Assembly: GCA_905178155.1 (NCBI GenBank)
Contig: CAJINV010000015.1
Location: forward strand, 2,067,730-2,131,729
Direction: 5' to 3'
Length of the DNA stretch: 64,000 nt
Origin: Amoebophrya sp. A120
Lineage: Eukaryota; Protista; Dinoflagellata
The notes below the pieces were generated by a model. It was not told the DNA's origin and ran no database searches. It saw nothing but the letters and a program-made list of their open reading frames with translations. Positions 17,401 through 32,400 of the stretch are shown in pieces. A program made the position numbers and the translations under genes. Each line of letters opens with the position of its first letter. Position 1 is the stretch's first letter.

Positions 17401-20400
17401 CTACGTCGCTGGAGCCTCCTGTAACGTTTTCACTTCGTCGCCGGAAGTTGATTGGAGGTCTTCTTCCTCACCGGTCGTGGCACTACTATCATTCCCAACA
17501 CCACCACCCCCTCCCCTCCTGGTCTTTTCATCGGCCAGCAAATCGGTGTCTGTATCCACCACTGCTTTCTCTACACCCGCTTGCGTTTCCTTCATGTTAT
17601 CCAGTAGTTGCTTTTTCAACAATTCCTCCGCTTCTCGCTCATCCGGGAAGTTGTTCCAGAAATAATCCAACCCCCGAAACGCCGCCTTCGTCGCCAAGGC
17701 CGGCTGGTGCTCGGTTGCGTATAACGGTGCTTTTCCCCACCTACACAACCGTGATGGGCAGGAGATTTGCATGTGCACGGCGTCTTCCTTCGACTCTAGC
17801 ATCTCCATTTTCTTATCCACAGAAGTAAATTTCCCGAACACGTACAAATGCAGACGCTTCGTTCGTTCGTTCGTTCGTATGGATCGGCTCTGCCGACCGG
17901 GTGACCCATCGCCTTGCATATAAATGACCGACATAGGCGATCCCCGTTACGGGACATACATATTGGCCGCACGGAAGGGCCCTAGGCACTACATACATAG
18001 TTCATCCTAGCGCCTACCACTTCGGTCGGGACTAAGTCAGCCTGGTCCTGGGGGTTCACAGCGCACTAGCCATCTGCTAGCATAAACAGACTGGGTTTTG
18101 CAAACTGTAACTGATCTAACATCTCATAACAGTGAGGCCATCATACGGGTGCGCTAAAACGAGCTCGGGGCGCTCCGTACGGACGGGAGCCTTTCGACGC
18201 GGCGCACACTCTCCTGTAGAGTTTTACGCGGAACACGGATGGGCCGCGCACGCAACTCAGTCGAGGAGGACACACGCTCCCTCAATAATCGAGGTGGTAG
18301 TCACTCACGGCGGCTGGCCTGTCTGAAAACGGTACTCCCCACCTCCCATCTTCCCGGTTCGTCAATGACTCTGGCAAGCCATGTTACTTAGACTCCCCGC
18401 GCATGCAAATATGGGACGGCGGGGGGGTTTTAAAAAGAGCTCTCGCCGTCCTTGATCTACTATAAAAGAAAAAGCCCTATAATTTCGGCGAGGCTGTTTA
18501 GTTATTCGCTAGCTGATGGCCTCCTGTATAGTAATGGTCTCCCTTTTCTCCTCCTTTCCCCTTTCTCAATTTAACTCGCCTGCATCCTCCTGCTAATTTA
18601 ACTCGCCTCCCCATTTATCTCGCTGAAAACTCCGTCCTCAATTTCACTCTCCTGCCAATCTAACCCGCGACGCCAACGGCTTTACTTCGGCGCATGGTGT
18701 GAAATCTTCGCGGCTTCTCTTCTCAGCTCCTCGACCTCTGCGCAGCGTTTTGCTCTGTTACCTTTTCTTCCGTCGTCCAGCATGACAAAACTTGCCTTCA
18801 ATCCTAGTCCAGCATGACAAGTTGGACACTGCAAGTTGGCGAAATTTGTCATGCATTTTGTACATGTACAGAAAATTTGTATTGCATACTTCTCAAACGG
18901 GTTCAACTTCGGAATCGACGCATCCCGAATTTTCAAGCTCAAGAAATCCGCTATCCCACGAAAAAACTGTTTCACTGTGATGACTTTGCAGGATCTGCAT
19001 CACAAGTTTGCTACACATGACACTGAAAATTTGTCATGCGCGCTTCCCAAGGGAATACACGCTTGAAAATTCAATGACTTGCAGGTGTAGCAAGACAAAG
19101 AGTTTTGTGTTCCATTTTCTGCATCACAGCTTCACAGTGAAACAGTTTCTTCTTGCGATATCCGCGCACACCATCATCTCCCGGTCTAAGTGGCCGAATC
19201 TCGTTTCATCCAATTTTTCCTGATTGAAATACAACGCCGAGGTTTTCCCGAAGTCCTGCAACTGACACTCCATCACCTTGCTACTGTAGTAGAGAAAATT
19301 CGTGGTTAATTTTTCCGGAATGTCCAGCGCCTCGTCGTAGGAACCGTGCAATACAAAGTGCTTTGGGAAGGATTTTTTGTCCGCGCCGGAGCTGGACGAA
19401 ATCTGCGGTTGGCAGAGCGGTCTTTTCTCCAACTTTTTCGCCATCGCGGGGGGAACTTTGTAACCGATGGCCGGGTCGAAAAAGTCGTAGGAGACGACGA
19501 TGATCCCAGTCAAGTCGGACTGGATCATTTCTTCACAGGCTAACCGGTACGCCATCGCGCCGCCGCCGGAAAATCCAAGGACGAAGACTTCCGGTTTGGT
19601 GATTTTCCCATTCGACATGAACGTGAGGAGGTCCTGGCTGTGCTGAATCAGTGCTATCATCGCCTCAGCGTCGGATGGGTAGGAATCAAAATCCGGAACT
19701 TCCGCGTCGTCTGGGGTTTGGTCTTGGTTGGAATTTAATTTTTCCGCGGCTTGTCGTTCTTGTTCTTCCACATTTTCCCCACTACTTCCCATTTGCAGGA
19801 ACAGCGCAGGAGGTCCACCTCCCGATTGCACTACCACCGTAGGTCCACCTCCCGCTTCTCCTTCCGCAGCTTGCCCTTCGTCGTCTGCTGCTGCTCCTTC
19901 TGCAGCTGCTGTTGCTGCTTCTGCGACTGTTGTATCAGCTGCAGCTTCATCTGCGGACGATTCTTTTACTTCCGGTGCACCAGCAGCCGGAGCTTTCTGT
20001 TCTTCAGGTGATTCTTCTGATGCGCCTTCAGGACCGGCAGCCGCTCCCTTTGTAGGTGCTGCAACTGGCTCCACACTGATATGGGGTTCTCAAGAGTTAC
20101 ATTCTCAACCGTTACATTGATTTGTGATGCAAAATGACCATAAGCCGCCACACAATCAAGGTGTTTCGCATGACAAATTCTCGAAGGGCTAAACACCACC
20201 TGAATCTGCTCCGAATTTGTAATGCAAAGCGCGCAATCTTCGCGCGTTCACTTTTGTTGTTCTTGCATGACAAATTCATGTAACAGTTGAGAATGTAACA
20301 TTTGAGAATTCCATACCTGAACAGCCCATCCTCGTCATCCTCTGGGTCCTTCGGCGGTTTTTTCACTTCCAATATCAAATGCAAAAATGTCTCTGTCTGG

Positions 20401-23400
20401 AAGAATGCTGGAGTTTGTAATGCAGATTTTGCATCGCCCGTGAGGTCTGTGATGCATGCTCTAGCATCAGAGATGTTGCGAGGGCTTTCCGATGCTCATA
20501 CCGCATGAGAAATGCCCTCTCCGCGTAGCAAATACTTATTACACCTCTTTTGCTGTTCATGCAATACAGATTTTCTGTAGAGTCCAAAGTTAGCATCACA
20601 AGTTGCATCCTTCCAGGGGACCCAGACATATTTGCATTTCATATCCAACGGATCCTCGCAAAACCCCTTCGCCCCTAGATCAGCGAAGGTTTCCCAGCAG
20701 GCCGCGGGCTCTACCAACCGGATGCCGTTGCCGGTGTCTTTTGGGAGGTCCTCCTTGTTGTTTGCCGATTCGTCTTCCGCCTTCGCTTGTTCTGGAGCAC
20801 TTCCGGCTTTCGCTGTTTCTGCAGGACCTGGAGCCGCTTCATCCGCGGCTATCTCTGCTGTTGGCCAGCCTTTCTTGTCTTCTGAACCTGCTACTGCATC
20901 GTCCGTGCCTTCGACGGCAGTCGTGCCTGCTTCTTCGTCTTCACCCGATGAAGCTGCTGGTGGTACTACGGGCTCTTGGTTGAGTTGCAGAAGCGCCCCA
21001 GCCACTGCAGTGGCGCCGTCTTTGTCTTCAGGCGCTTGTCCTTCTGCTACTACTGCCCCTGGTGCACTTGCTCCCTCTGGACCGCCAGCTGCTTCTGACT
21101 GTTTCGGAGCGGCGGCGTCATCTGCTGCTGGTAATTTTTCAACATCTTCCTGCACTACTCCGGAGCTAGCAGTAGCGGCAGGAACAGTAGCCTCTGCTCC
21201 TGCTTCTTTTTTCTTCTTCCCCTTCGCTTTTTTCCGCATCATTCCGTACTGTTTATCCGCCAACGGGCAAATCACGATCACGCCCATGTTGTTTGCCACT
21301 TTCTGCGCGTCTAGCGCTTCTGATTTCGATCCGCAAAACGCGTACTCGTCGTGCTGTTGTAGCACGTCCCGCCCCGTGAACGCGAACAGAATCCCGTGGT
21401 GTAATTTTATCCCCAGGGAGGAAATGTCCGTTCCGTCAGAAAGCCACACCGGGGAATAGGCTCGGTATCTGACCTTCCGGTTCTTGTACTGAAATCGCCA
21501 CTTCCCGCTCGGGACGTTTTGCATGATCGTTTCCACGTCGGAGGACACATCCGGATCGTTAGAATTCGTTAGTTGTGGGAACTCCGTGTCGTCTTCCTCT
21601 CCTAATTGCCCGAGAAAAATGTGATTGGAACCAACGCCATCGGCCCCGTTTTCGTCACTTCCGCCTTGTACTTTCGAAGCAGCAACGCTTTTCATGTCCG
21701 CTTCATCACCTAGTACCTCTCCAGTTTTCTCGCCCTCCTTCTGGATCTCCTCCCGCATCTTCATTACCCGTAACACCGAGAAAACCTCGCTTGAATTCCC
21801 GTAATGATCATCTCGGACGGATTCGATGTGTGTGATGTCTTCCCGCTTCATGTAGCCCAAGTCCAGAATCGGCACCCCTTCAGACTCAACTCCAGTCACA
21901 AACTGCTCGTAATTCTTCGGAATCCCCGAAAAACGGACAAACCGCGAAACTCGTTGGCTTTCATCGAGGACAACTGGTGCAGCGGTTGTTGTGGTGGTTG
22001 TAGTTGTCGGCGCAGGAGTGGTCGGTGGGTCGGTGACCTCCCCCTCGACCGGAGTACCGTGAAACGGATCTTCGACTTTCGTTGGGTCGAGTTCCTCTTG
22101 CTCTTTTGGTTCACCGGTATTTTCTGCAGCCGCGGCGGATTTGTCCTCTTCGGTACTCTCTTTCGCACCTTCGCTGTCCTCCGCTTCTCCCTCCTCTTCA
22201 TCCGAATCGGGAATGCCGCCAAAAGGCCCTTCGAGCAACGTCAAGAGCTCCGCTTTCTCGTAGTCATCGCACTCCCCGGGTAATTCGACTGAAGACACCG
22301 CCAACGCCTTGTCGATTTTGAACATTTTGTCCGCTTTTTTCTTCTCATCAAGCTCTAATTTCTTCTTTTCCCCTATCAAGGAAAAAACACCCATCCCCAT
22401 CCATTTTCTGCATGACAAATAGTTGGTTTTGTGCGGGCGTTGCATGACAAATTGGATGGGGATGAGTGTTTTTTCCTGGATATCCCCGTCTGCGGAACTA
22501 CTGTCCACCACCTCCGCACACACCTCATACTTCGGGTCGCCTTTGAGTTTGTGGACTTTGATCAACTGATCTTTCACGGAATCATACAACTGCTGCCGTT
22601 TCATCGCGTAGCATCTCCTCTGCAAAAGTATCGTACCCGTATGGCAATCATGCAATACAATTTTTTGTCTTATAGGTGAATCCGCATTACAAATTTCATG
22701 TCTCATGCTGAGGAAATTTGTAATGCATGTCCATGCATTTCAACGAGTACCAAATATAGCCGCCGGGGCGGGGGTAGTGAGGTCGTGGGCGTTTTTTTGC
22801 CGGCCGCAGCCTTGGCCGCGGCTTTGCTTTTTATGGGCTCGCCATACCGCCGTGAGTAACGTTATGCCGGACGGTATGGCGGCCACTTGGGAAACGTCGC
22901 CAATTTTGGCAAATTCCCGAAATTCCTTTCCGAAAGCCAGCCCCCACGCTATGGGGCCGATCCGGGTGCCGCGGGGGGCGTCCAAAAAGCGAAGAAAAAT
23001 CGGGCCCATAGCATGCGGATTGGCTTTGCGCGTCTGGAGCGCATTTTCTTTTTCGCGTTTTTATTTTTCACGCCGGCGCTTTTTGCAAAGCTTCCCAGGC
23101 TCTGAAACTGGCGAAAAGGCGGCCGCTTTCGCTGCCACCCAAAATGCTCCGAAATCACGGCCGTGCCATGCTGTTTCGCTGTTCTGATTTTGGGCGCGTT
23201 TTTTGCGCGTCCCTTTTTGGGCGCCCCAAACCGCCAGAAACTAAGGCGGTGGGCGCCTCAGAAGGGCGCCCCTTTTGCCGGCTCCCCTGCGTCGTTTTAC
23301 CCAGCGGCGATCGATAGAATCCGCTGGCGATTCGGTGCCGACACAGCCAAAGCCGCTTGATAATTGAAAATATTTTTTGTCAAAAAACGCTTCCGGCCGC

Positions 23401-26400
23401 TTGAAAACTGCCGCTCGTTTTTCAGGGTAGCTGTCAAAAAAACTCCCTGGTTAGAACCGTTCGGTGACCTCACTACATACGATAACGATGCCTTTGCACT
23501 GCATATAGCAGACTTGCGGGATGCCGCTATCGTGCCCCAGTATGCACTATGGATTGTAAAAATGTCTGGGTCTGGAAGAATGGAAGGTCTGTCATGCTCT
23601 GCCAGCATGACCCCAAAGTATGTCATGCACGTTACCCAAGAGCCCCGTTTTTTTGTCATGCAGAAACGCAGTTTGTCATGCGGAAAAGGCAACACCTCGA
23701 AGCTCAGAAACTTGTCATGCTGAGCCAGCACTTGTGGCCGCCTCATGATACGCCAACCAGCGTCACAAGTTTCCAGACCCAGACATTTTTACAGTTGATA
23801 TGCACTTCATGCAGTTGAAGTTCGTCGGCTCGATACCTTTCGTCCCACAAGACGGGCAGCAATCTTCGTAAGCGTTCATCGGGTATTCGCCACAGTCGGT
23901 TGCTTCGGAGATTTTCGCGACGAGGTTCTCCAATTCCTGCTTGTCGTCCGTTGTTTCACAGGGTGGGCACGTGAGCTTTTGAGTTCCGTCTTTCGAGGTG
24001 ATGGTGGTGGAGCCAGTAGTAGTGCCAGCGGGTGAAGCAGGAGCTCCTGAGGTTTTTTCATTCGGAGGGGGAACTCCTCCTGCTGCTGCTGCTGCGTCGG
24101 GTTTACCTGCGCCAGCTGCTCCTGCTGCTGCGTCACCGCCCTCAGCTGCTCCTGCAACTGCTGCTTCATCTCCGCCTGTCGCACCAGCTGTACCCTCCGC
24201 TCCTGCAGCCGCCGTAGCGCTACTCGTATTCATCTTCGCCGTGCCGTTACTATTCACGGGACCAACACCTGTTCCTGCAGTCGCATTCACCGCTCCAGCA
24301 CCGAGATCACCCTCGTCATCCTCCATCTCCCCTTTGTCCTCCGCAGAAGTGAAATTCGCCAGCGAAACCCCCTGATTGTTCATGATTTCCTCCTGCGTTG
24401 CCGGTAGAATTTTTTTCTCCGCCGCCGGGGCTTCAAACATCGTGATTTCCGGCGTGTTATCAAGTGCAAAAGTATCGCACTAGTAGTAGAAATCACATCA
24501 CAAGTTTGGTCAGTATGAAAGATGCAAGTTGTCATGCTGCTTAGCGTACACTGATAGATCTGTCATGCATGATTGCCATTATTAGTACGAGCACGATTAT
24601 ACTTTTGCAATGCATACGTGTTCGGCACTTTCCCGTTTAATTTCTGCTTAACCTGCTCCTTCTCCAAACACTTCGAATTTTCAAAATCCGCAAACGCCGT
24701 CCCCGCGGGGCAGGAGACGCACTTATCCCCCGGCTCGCCCTGTTCCGTCGAGGGGCACTGTTTCCCGACCGCGGGCTCCCCTCCTCCCTCGCAATTGCAA
24801 ACTTGGTCGACACACACCGCTTTTTCTGTGTTTGGGAAAAGTTCAACCGTGGATTCCGGGCAGTAGCTGTGGATCGGGGAAGCGTCTTTCGCTTTCTGCA
24901 TCGCGGCCGCCTTCTCTTTCTTGGACAGGGTGGAGGTACCCGAGGGTTTGTCATTTTTGTCTCCTGGTGCAGCTTCATCTTTTCCTGGTGATAGAGAGGC
25001 TCCAGCCGATGGCATTCCCGGTAGAGTTGGTAAAATCTTGATCGTGTTCAAAGTCCGGTATGGCTCACCGTTGTAGAGTAAAGCATTCGCATATCCACAG
25101 AAAAAACCCCATCCCCATCCATGTTTTGCATGACAAACATAGAATTTGATACGTGTTTTGCATGACAAATTGGATGTGCATGGGTGTTTTTTCCTGGATA
25201 TCGCAGTTCTCAACAGATTTTCCTCCTGCCCCGGCTGGATCGACACCGCTGCACTCGTAGTTGCACCAGATGCCATCTTCCCGCTATCGACGAGAAACGG
25301 CACTGTCACTTCCGATAACACTTCCACGTTTTCGCTTCCGAGCAGTTTCACCTTCACCGGCACGTCGTCCGTTGCCTCTGCTTGGATTCGCTGCTTCTTG
25401 TGCCTTGTGCGTTTTGTTTCTTTCGACGTTCCGAAAAGCAGCTGCACCTCCTCCGATGCTTTTTGTTTAGCCTTATTTGTAGCTGCATCCACTGCGCCAG
25501 CACCCGTTGAGTTATCATCCTCCTTCGTCTGCTTCAACTCAAAAGGCGCGGTGATGATGTTGTTCCCTAATTTTGCAGCGTCGAATTCCGGCTTCTTCTT
25601 CACCTCATCCGGAATTGTGTTCAACAGCCAAACCGGCTGAATCGGTGAGTCGCCGAACTTTTGAAAAATGGTGTCTTTGAAATGATTTGCCAGTGCCGGG
25701 TGGCAGGTTACCGCCGCTATGGAGTTCTCAAATGTTACATGATTTGTCATGCTTAACTACCATTATCATCTACACGATCAAGCTGCTCTGCATGACAAAT
25801 CCTGGAGGGGCCAAACAGGCTGACAATCTGTGCCAAATCTGTCATGCAAGACGCGCAATGCCCCCCCTTTCATTTTTCCCATTCTTGCATCACAAATCCA
25901 TGTAACAGTTGAGAATGTAACGTTTGAGAACGCCATAGCCGCGTAGCCGAGGTTCAAGAGCTTGGGGATCGCGCACGGGGCGAACTGCGGCCACGTAGCG
26001 GAAAGGGAATCTGATGTAGTCGTTGTAGCGAGATATGCATGTTGACAACCATGGTCACCAATACGATATTGAGCATGAGAAACCCCTTCGTCACACAAAA
26101 AATCTTCCAAAAAAGCACTATACCGAGCATCATCTGGATCTCCGTGGGCACGCTGTCAAACTTTTCTTCGTTGATCGTGCCAATCTGCCGCATCAGAGCG
26201 TACCGCACCGCTTTCGTCTGCAACGCCTTCAGCATGTCGGGCATGTCGAGTAAGTTCATCCAAAACCGATATTGCAGTGAATAAGGCCCCCACCCCCAAG
26301 TTTGCAAAAATTTGTGATGCGAAGTTTCCAAATGAAAACTTTTTGCTATGCATGAAAGGAGTGTGAATCTTTCTGATGCAGAGTGTAGGCGTGTATCGCA

Positions 26401-29400
26401 TCGCTTGCATGACACGCGCCACTCTTGCTGGGATCTTTTGCAATTACAAATTTTTGCTATTCACGATGGGAAACCTGTGATGCTGATAGATGCAAGAGGG
26501 CAACTATTTCATTGGGAAAGGTTTGCAATACAAATGCTCCCAAGTTCGGGGGTGGGGGCATTTTTCACTGTAGTAACCGAACTTTCATCTTCATCGACTT
26601 CTGCACTAACTTGAACGCAGCGGGAGATGCACTTTCCGCATTTTGATTTTCCTCTTTTCCATTATTCCGATTTTTCATCGTTGCTCTGCCTTGCAAAAGC
26701 ATCAAACTCGTCGAGTTCGACTGCGACTCACTGCCCTCCTCATACGCCTTCTGCATGACAGCCTCCGCTTTTGCGTGCGCAATGGAATTTTCCTCTGGTT
26801 CCGGCTGCGTCACGTTCTGCTTGGTATTTGGAATCTCCGGCTCCGGCATCGTGGCTGCTTTCACCGCCTGCGCCGACGATTTCGCGTGCGCGAGGTCTTC
26901 TTGCTTTTTGTACGCACTACTCGTCCCAGAAGATCCAAAACTAGCTTTCGCTTTGTACTCTTTCGTCGCGATCTTCGAATAGTCAAACGGCTGTTCCGGA
27001 GGCCCCCTTTTGCTTGAAGGATTATCCGCAGTAAATTTCCCGCACACGTACAGATGCGGTCTCCGCATGACAAAACATGGCTTCGATCCTGGTTCAGCAT
27101 GACAAGTTTTACGCTCCAAATTGGTGAAATTTGTGATGCATCTTGCACATGTACGGGAAATTTGTATTGCATACGGATAGGAGAATTTCAGCTTCGGAAT
27201 CACTGATTTCTCGCCGTTCCCCTCCGAGAACAAACTCGTTCCGGCTGGCGGCTCCGGCTTCAATTCTAGGGAGACCAGCCGGAGTTTCTGATATCTCGGG
27301 ACCACTACACCGACCGCACGGGGGATTTCGTTAAGTGCGTTCCTGATCGCCGTGGAAATCGCGATGTTGCTGTACGCGTCCTTTCCGTCGAAAGCGAGGG
27401 GAAGTTCGATCTGTGGGAAGGTAATCTCCATGTCGAAGGAAGCTGCTTCGTCCCCGAAGTACTGGCAGAAGGATCGGTGGGGCGGGACGTTGTAGTGTCT
27501 GGGTGGTTTCAAAACGCTGTCGTCGTAGGGGGAGGATGATTTTTCATCGTCTTTGTCACCTCCTGCTGCAGGAGCAGGGTCTTGTCGGTCATAGGACTCT
27601 GTGCTGTCAAGAACTGAATACGATGTTTTTGCTGTCTGGATCAAACTAAGGTCGGTTTCTTCGCCCGCAGCTTCTGCTGCTGTAGCAGCACTCGCTGCGT
27701 CCTCTCCCGCTGCGTCTCCTGCATCAGAACCGAATGTACTACCTCCCTCCTTCGCGCTAGTCATCAACGCTTTCTCCGCGTTTTTCTGCTCCTTATCCTC
27801 GGCGTTCTCCCCTAGAACTCCGGATTCCAAGGCCGCATTCGGTGTATGCATTGCAAACGTATCGTACTAGTAGAAATTGCATCACAAATTAGCTTAGCAA
27901 GACAAATGTAATTTGTCATGCTGTTATAGCTTTGGAAGGAGGTTTGTCATGCACATCTGCAATCAGTACGAGTACGGTACTTTTGCAGTGCATACGGTGA
28001 TTTCTTCAACGATTTCGCACTGCACTCCTCGCTCGTCCACTCCCCCGCCCAGTAACGGAGTAGAAACGACATTTTGCAGTTACACTCCGCCAAAGACGTA
28101 TGAGAGTGCACAGCTCCACCTCCCCCTCATTTGTCATGCAAAACCCCAAATCCAACCGCTTCCCTCTGGCACTGTTAGCATGACAGATTCATCCGGAAGC
28201 CCAAACAGTACTACATAAGGCACGAAAAATTTGTCATGCACAGTTTCCATGTGTGCTGGTGTTTGTATTGCTGTTCATGTCAACATACAAATCAATGAGG
28301 GCGAGGGGGGGTTGTGCACTGTCGTAAGACGGGTCGTTCGGTGTGTCGCAGTACCGGATCTGCTCGATATCGTTTTTCTGCTTGTTAGAGGATATCATCG
28401 TGAAATCGCCGTTCTTCTCGATATTCTCGTCCTGCTTCCACATCATCAGCGCATCTTTCGAGATCGGACCAAGGCAAACGGGTTCCGCTTGGAGGTACTT
28501 GTCGTGGAAAACCTTTTGGTTGTTGGAAGAGGGGAGTTATCGTGTGCAAAAGTATCGTAGTTGTACTAATTACAATCATGCATGACATCAAACCTGGTTT
28601 CTTAGCAAATCAGCATTACAAATTCTATATGTAATGCAATTTATACGTAAATACGATATTTTTGCAATGCATAGGAGGCGTAGTGCCCAGGAGTTGCTGG
28701 TCAGTTCTGAAACGGACTTCATCCCGTTGGCGGAAGGGTAGAGGGTCGAGAGCGTCACTTCGTCTGGTTCTTGAGAGGTGTTTTCTTTGTTCTTCATTTT
28801 GGTGTTTTGACCTGCAGCGGTTTTCTTCTTCTTCACTTCTTGTTTGTACTTTCCTTTGGCACCAGCGGTTCTCTTCTTGGACACAAATTTGCCGCTTTCC
28901 TTTGGGGCAGCGGCAGGCTTGGCTTCCGCTTGTTCATCGGTTCCCTCCTCTTCCTCCATTTGATCCTGCCCTTGAGCCACTAGTGCCTCGTCGTCCTCTA
29001 GTTCTGCGTCGGTGGTTTCCTGCTCTGCATTTTCTCTAGCACTAGCATCCTCTACTTCAGTATCCAAGAAAAAAACTGTGCTAGTGTAACTTTCTTTGGC
29101 TGATAGCATCACAAATTTGCTCTACATGACACAGAAAACCTGTCATGCGTGATTTGTAAGGGAAAACACACATGAAAGGAGGACTGCATGGCTGTCTGGC
29201 ATGATAGGTGTAACTCTGTTGCATGTTCTGCATCACAGATTTACACTTACACAGTTTTTTTCTTGGATATTCAGTTTCTCCTGTCTGCAACAGCGACACC
29301 ACGTCCAAGTTTTTCGCGCTTTTTTATCAAAATGAAATTTCATCCCGCACACGCAGACGCAAAGCTTGTACCGTTTCATCCGCATGACAAAAATTTTCTT

Positions 29401-32400
29401 CAATCTCATTCAGCATGACAAGTGGTAAGCATCTGCTCAAAGTCAGCGAAATTTGTGATGCAATTTGTACAATGTCGTGTAGTCCGGGAATCATGAATTT
29501 GTCTTCGCATATCTTCACCACCGCTTTCATATCCGGTTTCATCACCTCGAGTAAGCACATCTTCTGAAACGGGCAACAGATTCCACTATGGCACTGGTAA
29601 CTGTGCACGCAGTTCTTCCCCACTTCCAACCCCGTCTGCAACGGGCAAAATCCGGGTATACTGTGCACCGGCCCGTTGTACACCGGACCAATATTTGCCG
29701 TATCCCCCGGTTTAAACGTTTTGCTGTCCGGAGTTAAAGGGAAAAAAGGTCCGTTGTCTACGGTGCAGGTGCGGATGCACTCCTTGCTTCGGCAGTTCCC
29801 GCGCGACCCGAGACCGCAGGCAATTGGGCAGTTACACAGGAGCTGGTTAATGCCGAACTTGCTGTAGGGGACTTTCCCTAAATTTAGAGAATTCGACACC
29901 CCCGTCTTTTCGTCCACGTGAAAGCTGATTTGCTTAAACGCCGTGTCGCAGGTTCGCAAATCCTCGGATTTTAACTGTTTCCCGACTTGATCTTTCAGCA
30001 ATACCGCCCAGTCTCTGCAGCTCAAGTCCGCTTCGTCTCGGAAATCCAAGGAATCCCTACACGGAGCGTTTAAATCCAATGCGTTGGGGTTGACGTAGAG
30101 GTAGCTGTCGGGAGAGATGTATTTCAGGTCGAACGCGTATTTTGGGGGCGTGAAGTCCAACTCTTTGGACGCCGGTTTTTTCTTGTCCAACAGCTTGTAG
30201 ACCAACGACCTCGTGTGGGGGTGGACCAACGGGTCGGAAACTAATTTCTCCAGTCTCTTCCGCTGCTCGGCGTTTGCTTCGCCGTCTTTATCTTTTCCAC
30301 TTTGTTCCGATGATCCGGCCCCGAGCAACCCTGTTGGTTTCTTGTACGTGGAGAAATGCGCCATTTGACACACCAACTGCGTCGCGAGTCGGTGCTGTCC
30401 GAGTTGTTTGTCGAAATTCACTTTTTGCGGTTGATTGAAGATAAACTGGCCGGAGGGAGCGAGTCTTTGGCACCCAAACGGCGTCCACTGATTTTTCACA
30501 GCCGGGTCGATGCTACTCCCTTTCGATGGGTAGAAGAAATCTGCCGCTTTCCTGCACTCTGCCTCGGAGGAAACTGGGACGAAATTCGCACCGAGGACTT
30601 GCGGACAGTTGAACGCGTCGACTTTGGCTAAGACAAATTCCGGGATGATCTGCGCTTCCGGGAGTTTGTACAGCGTGAGGTCTTCCACTCGGGTCGGGAA
30701 GAAGGGTTTTTGGTGCTGATGCTGCTTTATTTTTCGTTCTCCATTTATTTTCCGGTCGACCTCAGCGAGACTCACAACATCGGCCTCCGTAGTTCCATCC
30801 GTAGTTGCCTCTCGCAGAATTTCTTCGGGAAAGTCCTCCGTTTTCCCGTCTAAATGCTCCAACTCTACTACTTCATAATCTTCCTCCTCGTCGGTTTTTG
30901 CTTTCTCCTCCACGTCCACATCATGCTTTTTCGAATTCAGAAGTGCAGGACCAGCAGCAGAGGGCGCCGCCGTCACGACCGATGGGGAAGTAGACGCTGA
31001 ACCTGAGGTTGCAGCAGATGTTGTTCCTGCGCTTATAATCGGGTTGTTGTACGGGGTCGTTGATGAGTTGGCCGCACTCTTGTTCATTGCTACTGAAAAC
31101 GACAGACTATTCTTCGTCCTCAAAAACTCCGTGTCCACCTTCAAAGTCGTCTGCCGGTCTGGCATATGAACTGCAAAAGCATCGCACTCGTAGTAATTGC
31201 AGTTATGCGTTACAAATCTTTTTCCTAAGATCAATCAGCATTACAAATTCCATTTCTCATGCTGAGGAAATTTGTAATGCAATTCAGACTAGTACCATGC
31301 TTTTGCATTTCGTATGGCAGCCACGCGCGACTGCGCCATTTCTTCCCTTTTTCCTGGCTGTTTTCGAAAAGCAAATCTTCCTGCGCAGTTTGTCCGATCC
31401 GGTGGAGCGCAGTGGCGTTCCTTTCTTCCTTCGCAATCTCGTTGGCGAACTTGACGAGATTATTGGCTGTGGCGGGTGCGAGGTTGAAGATTTGTTTGGC
31501 GTATGGGAGGGGTAAAATGACAGAGTTGAGCTAGAAGTAGCTGGCATAATTGAGTATTTTCCACCCGGTGTTCGTATACCCTTGCGCAACGTTCACTTGT
31601 TGTAGTGGGTGAGCCTTGGAGACAACTTGAGTGCAATAGGTTGCCAGAGTACTGACTCTCATTCAAAATCAAACATGCGGGCATGCGTGCTGTTCGCACA
31701 GACGCTCAGATGTTTATGTGTTGCGTGTAACCTGCAAAGATGCAAAATCCTCGAGTGAAATGATTGATTATCCACGTTACAGAAGCAATAAGTATGATCA
31801 CTTCCATGGTCCAATTCATCTTTCACCACCCCATACCGACCCGGCAACCTTTCTCGTCTTCCCATCCGCTAGCTCATACGTGTACGGCTCGCCCTTGATA
31901 CTATTCAGCGCGCCCGGAAAAACGCCTTCCTTCGCAACCACGGAATTCTCCATGGCGAAGCTCCAAATCCCGTCTTTGTCCTCCTGCAGAACTTGCTTTT
32001 GCTGCGCCAAATCCTCATCAGATGCTTGTGCGGGAGAGGTGATCTTGAATAATCTGTTTTTCTCCTTCGTCGGATCCTCGTACACGTCTGTGTAGGTCAG
32101 CGAATCTCCCGCTGGATACAAATATGTCCCGTTCAGTGCGTCGGTTTGGATTACGCCGGAAATGTTGGTTAAATTGCGGTTGTACGCGTAATTATCCATT
32201 GTTCCCGGGAAAACCACCGGGGAATTGTCGCCCAAATCCCCAGCTTGTTCCAGCAGATCATGCTCTTCGGACCACTGCTGCTGCAGTTTTCCCTGGGCCG
32301 GTACGGGAACTTGATTTTCATTTTCTGTTTCCTGCAGCAAAGCTGTTGTAGTACCTGGTGTCGTGGTCCCCTTCTTCCGATCGTCCAGAACCGGCAAGTG

